Both the position numbers and the translations under genes were made by a program. This document shows, piece by piece, positions 59,360-64,000 of a stretch of DNA of 64,000 nt. Positions within the stretch are counted from its first letter, which is position 1, and every line of letters begins with the position of its first letter. The notes under the pieces were generated by a model. The model was not told the origin of the DNA, ran no database searches, and was given only the letters and a program-made list of their open reading frames with translations. The DNA is from Candidatus Rokubacteria bacterium GWA2_70_23. Its GTDB lineage: Bacteria; Methylomirabilota; Methylomirabilia; Rokubacteriales; CSP1-6. The stretch lies in NCBI GenBank assembly GCA_001788395.1, contig MGBT01000221.1:16896-80895 (forward strand), written 5' to 3'.

Positions 59360-61788
59360 AGATATCCTACCGGTGGCTCAAGGAGTTCGTCGAGACCGAC
59401 CTCGGTCCCGCCGAGATCAAGGAGCGGCTGGTCCACGCCGGGATCGAGGTCGCGTCGGCGAGCCCGGTGGTCGAAGGGCTGTCGGGCGTGGTGGTGGGCG
59501 AGATCGAGGCCATCGAGACGGATCTCGGTCCGACGCCGGCCGGCCACCACAATCGCCTCTGCCGCGTCGCCCTGCCCGACCGGAAGTTCTCCGTGATCTG
59601 CGGCGCGCCCAATGCCGCGCCCGGGCTGCGGACCGCCTTCGCGCCCCCCGGGGCGACGCTGCCCGGGGGGCGCGCGATCACGGCGACCAGGATCCGCGGC
59701 GTGGTCTCCGAGGGGATGCTCTGCTCGGAGAAGGAGCTCGGGATCGGCGAGGACGCGAGCGGCATCCTCGAGCTGCCCGCCGACGCCCCCGTGGGAGCGG
59801 ATCTGTCGACCTATCTCGGGCTCGACGACACGATCCTCGAGATCGAGATCACGCCGAACCGACCGGATGCGCTCTCCGTGGTGGGCGTGGCGCGCGAGCT
59901 GTCCGCGCTGACGGGCGCCCCGTTCCGCTTCCCGCAGGCGGCCGTGCGGGACGGGGAGCAGGCGGCGGCGGCGCTGGCCGCAGTCGAGATCACCGACCCG
60001 GACCTCTGCCCGCGCTACGCCGCCCGCGTCATCACGGGGCTCAGCGTGCGCCCCTCGCCGCCATGGCTCGCCCAGCGGCTGCGGGCCGTCGGGCTGCGCC
60101 CCATCAACAACCTGGTGGACGTGACGAACTACGTCCTGTGGGAGCTCGGGCACCCGCTGCACGCCTTCGATCACGCGACACTCCCCGGCGGACGCATCGT
60201 CGTGCGGCGCGCGCGGGCGGGCGAGCGGATGACCACGCTCGACGGGCGTGAGCGCGCGCTCGAGCCCGACATGCTGATGATCTGCGACGCCGAGCGCGCC
60301 GTCGCGGTGGGCGGCGTCATGGGCGGCGCCGCCACCGAGGTGACGCCGCGGACCACCACGGTGCTCCTCGAGGCGGCCTGCTTCACCCCGGGCTCGATCC
60401 GGCGAACGTCCCGGGCGCTCGGGCTCAGCACCGACGCCTCCTACCGCTTCGAGCGGGGAGCCGACATCGAGGGCCTGCGGGCGGCGCTGGACCGAGCGGC
60501 CCAGCTCATGGCCGATCTCGGCGGCGGCACCGTGGCGCGCGGAGTCGTGGACGTGTACCCGGCGCCGCGACCCCACTCCCGCATCGCGCTCCGGCTCGAG
60601 CGCGTCGAGCGGCTCATCGGTGCCTGTCCGCCGCGCCCCGAGGCGGTGCGCATCCTCCAGGCCCTGGGCTTCGCCGTGGACGATTCGGCGCCCGCGCTCC
60701 AGGTCGTGGTGCCGAGCTTCCGGCGCGACATCGCCCAGGAGGCCGACCTCGTCGAGGAGATCATCCGTGTCTGGGGCTACGAGCGGATTCCCTTGACGCT
60801 GGGCGCCGGGGCCCAGGCCCTCGTCAAGCGGCCGCCGCAACTCGGGCTGGCGCGCGAGATGAGCCGCACGCTCAACGCTGCCGGGCTCTCCGAGGTCATC
60901 ACCTACGCCTTCGTGGATCCCGACCGGCTGAAGGCGATGGGCTGGGCGGGGGAGCAGGGGCTCATCGCGCTCCAGAACCCGATCTCGCGCGAGCGATCGG
61001 TGCTGCGGCCGATGCTCGCGCCGGGATTGCTCGAGGTGCTGGCGTTGAATGCCAGCCGCCAGCTGCCCGACGCGCGCGTCTTCGAGGTGGGACACGTCTT
61101 CTCGCCGCAGGTCGAGTCGGACGGCGATCGGCCGGCCCACGAAGAGCTGTGGCTCGGCATCGCGCTGACCGGCCTCCGCCAGCCGCGCGCCTGGCACGCG
61201 GGGCGGGAGCGAGTGGACATCTACGATGTCAAGGGCGCGGCGACCCTGGTGCTCGCCGCGGCGGGGATCTCGGCCTTCGACGTCGTGGCCGAGCCCGCCG
61301 GCGGACTGCCGGGGTATCTGGCGCGCGCCTGCGCCGCGGCCCTCTCGGTGGGTGAGACCGGGGTGGGCTGGTTCGGCGAGGTCACTCATGAGACGCGGGA
61401 GGCCTTCGATCTGCCCGCCCCGGTCTTCCTCGCCGAGCTGTCGCTGACGGCGCTGTGCGCGCTGCCCGCCGTCACGCCCCGCTACCAGCCGCTGCCGCGC
61501 TTCCCCTCCGTCCAGCGCGACCTGGCCCTCGTGGTGTCGGCCGACGTGACGGCGGGGGAGATCGAGGCCGCGATCCGCGCCATGGATGTCCCGTGGCTCG
61601 CGCGGCTGCAGGTGTTCGACGTCTACGCAGGCGGTCAGGTGGGGAGCGGCCGTCGGAGCCTCGCCTGGAGCCTCACCTTCCAGGCGCCCGACCGCACGCT
61701 CACGGACGCCGAGGTCAACGACACTCACGCCAGGATCGTGAAGGAGCTCACCGAGCGTTTCCGGGGCGAGGTGAGAGGGACGACATGA
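59356..61788 (+). CDS. pheT: Phenylalanyl-tRNA synthetase beta subunit
   Basis: 810 aa; GTG start overlapping pheS stop; MKISYRWLKEFVETDL typical PheT N-terminus. Confidence 0.9.
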   Translation: MKISYRWLKEFVETDLGPAEIKERLVHAGIEVASASPVVEGLSGVVVGEIEAIETDLGPTPAGHHNRLCRVALPDRKFSVICGAPNAAPGLRTAFAPPGATLPGGRAITATRIRGVVSEGMLCSEKELGIGEDASGILELPADAPVGADLSTYLGLDDTILEIEITPNRPDALSVVGVARELSALTGAPFRFPQAAVRDGEQAAAALAAVEITDPDLCPRYAARVITGLSVRPSPPWLAQRLRAVGLRPINNLVDVTNYVLWELGHPLHAFDHATLPGGRIVVRRARAGERMTTLDGRERALEPDMLMICDAERAVAVGGVMGGAATEVTPRTTTVLLEAACFTPGSIRRTSRALGLSTDASYRFERGADIEGLRAALDRAAQLMADLGGGTVARGVVDVYPAPRPHSRIALRLERVERLIGACPPRPEAVRILQALGFAVDDSAPALQVVVPSFRRDIAQEADLVEEIIRVWGYERIPLTLGAGAQALVKRPPQLGLAREMSRTLNAAGLSEVITYAFVDPDRLKAMGWAGEQGLIALQNPISRERSVLRPMLAPGLLEVLALNASRQLPDARVFEVGHVFSPQVESDGDRPAHEELWLGIALTGLRQPRAWHAGRERVDIYDVKGAATLVLAAAGISAFDVVAEPAGGLPGYLARACAAALSVGETGVGWFGEVTHETREAFDLPAPVFLAELSLTALCALPAVTPRYQPLPRFPSVQRDLALVVSADVTAGEIEAAIRAMDVPWLARLQVFDVYAGGQVGSGRRSLAWSLTFQAPDRTLTDAEVNDTHARIVKELTERFRGEVRGTT

Positions 61789-62006
61789 CAGAGAATCTGA
61801 TGGAACGGCTCGAGCAGCTCGAGCAATCGGTGAAACGGGCCGCGGAGACCATCGCCAAGGTCCGGGCGGAGCGCGACGGCCTCCACGCGCGGATCGAGGC
61901 GCTGGAGAGCGAGCGCGCGGAGCTCCGGGCCCTGCGGCAGGAGCACAAGGAGGTGCTGGCCCAGGTGGACGGCATCCTCAAGGAGCTCGACAAGCTGGAC
62001 CTGTAG
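61785..62006 (+). CDS. Small coiled-coil protein, ZapB-like
   Basis: 73 aa all-helical heptad-rich (LEQLEQSVKRAAETIAKVRAERDGLHARIEALESERAELRAL...); ATGA overlap with pheT; precedes zapA. Confidence 0.5.
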   Translation: MTENLMERLEQLEQSVKRAAETIAKVRAERDGLHARIEALESERAELRALRQEHKEVLAQVDGILKELDKLDL

Positions 62007-62027
62007 CTCGACCGGGGAGGGGGGCCC

Positions 62028-62321
62028 ATGAGCGAGCCGAAGCGCGTGGATGTGGAGATCCTCGGGCAGCGCTACGCCATCCGCAGCGCCGCCCCGCCCG
62101 ACTACGTGCGGCAGCTCGTCGACTACCTCGAGAGGCGCGTGAAGGAGATCCGTGGCGAGGCGGCAGGGCAGGATCCTGGGAAGTTCCTCGTGCTCGCGGC
62201 CCTCGACATCACCGACGAGCTGTTCCGGCTGCGCGACGATCGCACCCGGAGCGACGGCGACGCGAGCGCGCGCGTCGGCGCCCTGCTGAGGCTCCTGGAG
62301 TCGGTGGTCCCGCCGCGTTGA
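62028..62321 (+). CDS. zapA: Cell division protein ZapA
   Basis: VDVEILGQRYAIRSAAPPDYVRQLVDYLERRVKEI matches ZapA N-terminal motif (I.G..Y.I); 97 aa. Confidence 0.75.
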   Translation: MSEPKRVDVEILGQRYAIRSAAPPDYVRQLVDYLERRVKEIRGEAAGQDPGKFLVLAALDITDELFRLRDDRTRSDGDASARVGALLRLLESVVPPR

Positions 62322-62384
62322 CGCTGTGCGCGAGCGCCCGGCCACAATCCCCTTGACTGGATCGCGTCAGGGGAGGTACACAGA

Positions 62385-62565
62385 AGTTGCCCTGCGCTGT
62401 GCGTGATGTCGGGGGGAAGTTTCAACCTCGTTTCTACGCAGGACGCCGTACAGAGGGTGGTGCGCATGCCCCTTCGACAAGGGGAAGCCTGAAGCCCTCC
62501 TTTTGGCGCCCACCTGGTCATACCAGGTTCGAAACACCGTCGGCACACGGCAGAGGCGGGGCTGA
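62385..62565 (+). ncRNA. Candidate structured ncRNA, possibly 6S RNA (ssrS) by zapA-downstream synteny
   Basis: About 180-nt non-coding stretch with several local hairpins (CCCCTT-cgac-AAGGGG; CCTGGT-cat-ACCAGG) and imperfect 5'/3' complementarity (GCCCTGCGCTGTGCG vs GCACACGGCAGAGGCGGGGC); TTGACT at 62352-62357 upstream; in E. coli ssrS follows zapA. Confidence 0.3.
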
Positions 62566-62569
62566 TCTG

Positions 62570-62666
62570 TTGACCCGGCGCGGGCCCCCGGCCTGTCGGC
62601 CGCCCGCGTTCTGACCTGGGGCGGGCCCCCGGGCTGACTCTCACCTGGCACGGGCACCCGGGCTGT
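62570..62666 (+). repeat. Three 27-bp direct repeats TGACCYGGSRCGGGCMCCCGGSCTGWC (62570, 62611, 62640)
   Basis: tgacccggcgcgggcccccggcctgtc / tgacctggggcgggcccccgggctgac / tcacctggcacgggcacccgggctgtc read directly. Confidence 0.55.
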
Positions 62667-62757
62667 CGCCCGCCCGTGCCCGCCGGAATCCCCCGCACGG
62701 TTGATCTTTTCCCCGATCTGAGTTGTGGTCTTCCCTGGGTTCTCTGCGGCCGTTTCG

Positions 62758-62811
62758 TTGACTTTTGCGGGGGCGCGCCCTATACTTTGGCAAATTCCGC
62801 GGCTATTTGCC
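62758..62811 (+). promoter_or_regulatory. Near-consensus sigma70 promoter TTGACT-17-TATACT with downstream inverted repeat GGCAAAT-N9-ATTTGCC, upstream of rny
   Basis: TTGACT 62758-62763, 17-nt spacer, TATACT 62781-62786; inverted repeat 62789-62811 at predicted +1. Confidence 0.5.
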
Positions 62812-62869
62812 GCGCGTGCCGAAAAGTGCACATAATCCGTCCGGGGCGCCTCCCGGGGTGGAGAGACAG

Positions 62870-64000
62870 ATGGATTTGATGCTCCTGCTGCTCCCCCTCG
62901 TTGCCATCCTCGCCTTCCTCGTCGGCTACCTGGGTCAGAAGATCACCACGGTCCGGACCATCGGCGATGCCGAGACCCGCGCCCGGCGCATCATCGACGA
63001 CGCCAAGCGCCACGTGGAGCAGGCCGCGCGCGAGGCCGAGGCCAAGGCCCGCGAGGCCGAGGCCAGGATCCGTGGCTCCGAGCTCGAGGCCAAGGAGGCC
63101 GCCCTCCGGGCGCGCTCCGAGCTCGAGCAGGAGACGCGCACCCGCCAGAAGGAGATCCAGGAAGTCGAGCGCCACGTCCTCCAGCAGGAGGAACAGCTGG
63201 GCCGCCGGCTCGACCAGCTCGACCGGCGCGAGTCGGACGTCCAGGCGCGCGACCGCGCCCTGGCCGAGCGCGAGCGGCGCCTGGGCGAGACCGAAGCCCG
63301 CCTGGCCAACGCGCTGGAGGAGCACCGGCGGAAGCTCGAGGCCGTCGCCGGACTCACGGCCGAGGAGGCCAGGCGCCAGCTCATGGCGCAGGTCGAGGTG
63401 GAGGCCCGCCGCGAGGCGCAGCTCCTCGTCATGCGGCTCGAGGAGGAGGCGCGCGAGACGGCCAACACGAAGGCCAAGGAGGTGCTGGCCACGACGATCC
63501 AGCGCCTCGCCCCCGACTACACGGTCGAGACCGCGGTCTCCATCGTGGATCTGCCCTCCGACGACATGAAGGGGCGCATCATCGGCCGCGAGGGGCGCAA
63601 CATCCGCGCGCTCGAGCTGCACACCGGTGTCGACCTGATCGTGGACGACACGCCCGAGGCCGTGCTCATCTCCGCCTTCGACCCGTACCGCCGCGAGATC
63701 GCGCGCCTGGCGCTCCAGCGCCTGGTCGCGGATGGGCGGATCCACCCGGCGCGCATCGAGGAAGTGGTGGAGAAGGTCAAGAAGGAGATGGAGGAGCACA
63801 TCAAGGAGGAGGGCGAGAAGGCCTGCTTCGAGGTCGGCGTGCACGCGCTGCATCCCGAGCTGGTGAAGCTGGTCGGGCGCATGAAGTACCGGACCTCCTA
63901 CGGCCAGAACTGCCTCCAGCACTCCAAGGAAGTGGCGTGGCTGGCGGGGATGATGGCCGCCGAGATCAAGGTCGACGTCAAGCTCGCCAAGCGCATGGGG
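62870..64000 (+). CDS. rny: Ribonuclease Y (N-terminal TM anchor, coiled coil, KH and HD domains), 3'-partial
   Basis: Hand-translated frame not in the ORF track (runs off window end): [23 protein letters not shown]..., KH motif [17 protein letters not shown] region [15 protein letters not shown]; RBS GGTGGAG. Confidence 0.85.
   Translation, partial: MDLMLLLLPLVAILAFLVGYLGQKITTVRTIGDAETRARRIIDDAKRHVEQAAREAEAKAREAEARIRGSELEAKEAALRARSELEQETRTRQKEIQEVERHVLQQEEQLGRRLDQLDRRESDVQARDRALAERERRLGETEARLANALEEHRRKLEAVAGLTAEEARRQLMAQVEVEARREAQLLVMRLEEEARETANTKAKEVLATTIQRLAPDYTVETAVSIVDLPSDDMKGRIIGREGRNIRALELHTGVDLIVDDTPEAVLISAFDPYRREIARLALQRLVADGRIHPARIEEVVEKVKKEMEEHIKEEGEKACFEVGVHALHPELVKLVGRMKYRTSYGQNCLQHSKEVAWLAGMMAAEIKVDVKLAKRMG

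Noticed and set aside
62901-63569. 222-aa plus-strand ORF inside the rny region
   Set aside because: Wrong frame. The frame starting at ATG 62870 encodes a recognisable RNase Y (TM anchor, KH, HD) and runs to the window end.

Overview
This is a high-GC (about 70%), gene-dense bacterial chromosomal segment.

Gene order from start to end:
- A peptide/opine-type ABC importer (substrate-binding protein plus two permeases; no ATPase genes follow).
- An amidase.
- An orphan prepilin-like gene.
- An M48 lipoprotein peptidase.
- A complete dcw cell-wall/division cluster (mraZ-rsmH-ftsL-ftsI-murE-murF-mraY-murD-ftsW-murC-murB-ftsQ-ftsA-ftsZ), notably without murG or ddl.
- The conserved ftsZ-downstream block pgeF-yggS-proC-yggT-divIVA-yggU.
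- mtnA, a class V aminotransferase, a histidine phosphatase, a hisZ-like gene and purA.
- A large zinc-ribbon/adenylyl-cyclase/TPR protein with no Walker A motif.
- tRNA-Lys.
- A minus-strand operon (FAD oxidase, MR/MLE-family enolase, TAXI-TRAP binding protein, TAXI-TRAP fused permease) facing a divergent OYE/TMADH-like flavoprotein.
- A thiolase gene remnant and tRNA-Glu.
- An island-like accessory stretch (Nif11/NHLP-like small protein, cNMP-binding protein, a PqqD-like domain fused to an M50-like membrane protein with HQxxH, a DUF2064 transferase, a lipoprotein, a second amidase paralog, an FAD oxidoreductase, DedA, and a frameshifted transposase remnant).
- Two tandem type I-beta DAHP synthase genes preceded by a leader ORF encoding W-R-F-Y-F-Y-Y-F and an intrinsic terminator, consistent with an aromatic-amino-acid attenuator.
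- TonB and tRNA-Val.
- thrS-infC(AUA start)-rpmI-rplT-pheS-pheT with a REP-like palindromic repeat family.
- zapB-like and zapA genes, a structured ncRNA candidate (possibly 6S), three direct repeats, a near-consensus promoter, and the 5' part of rny.

No CRISPR array and no rRNA were seen. Many long antisense ORFs in the six-frame track are GC-driven artefacts.
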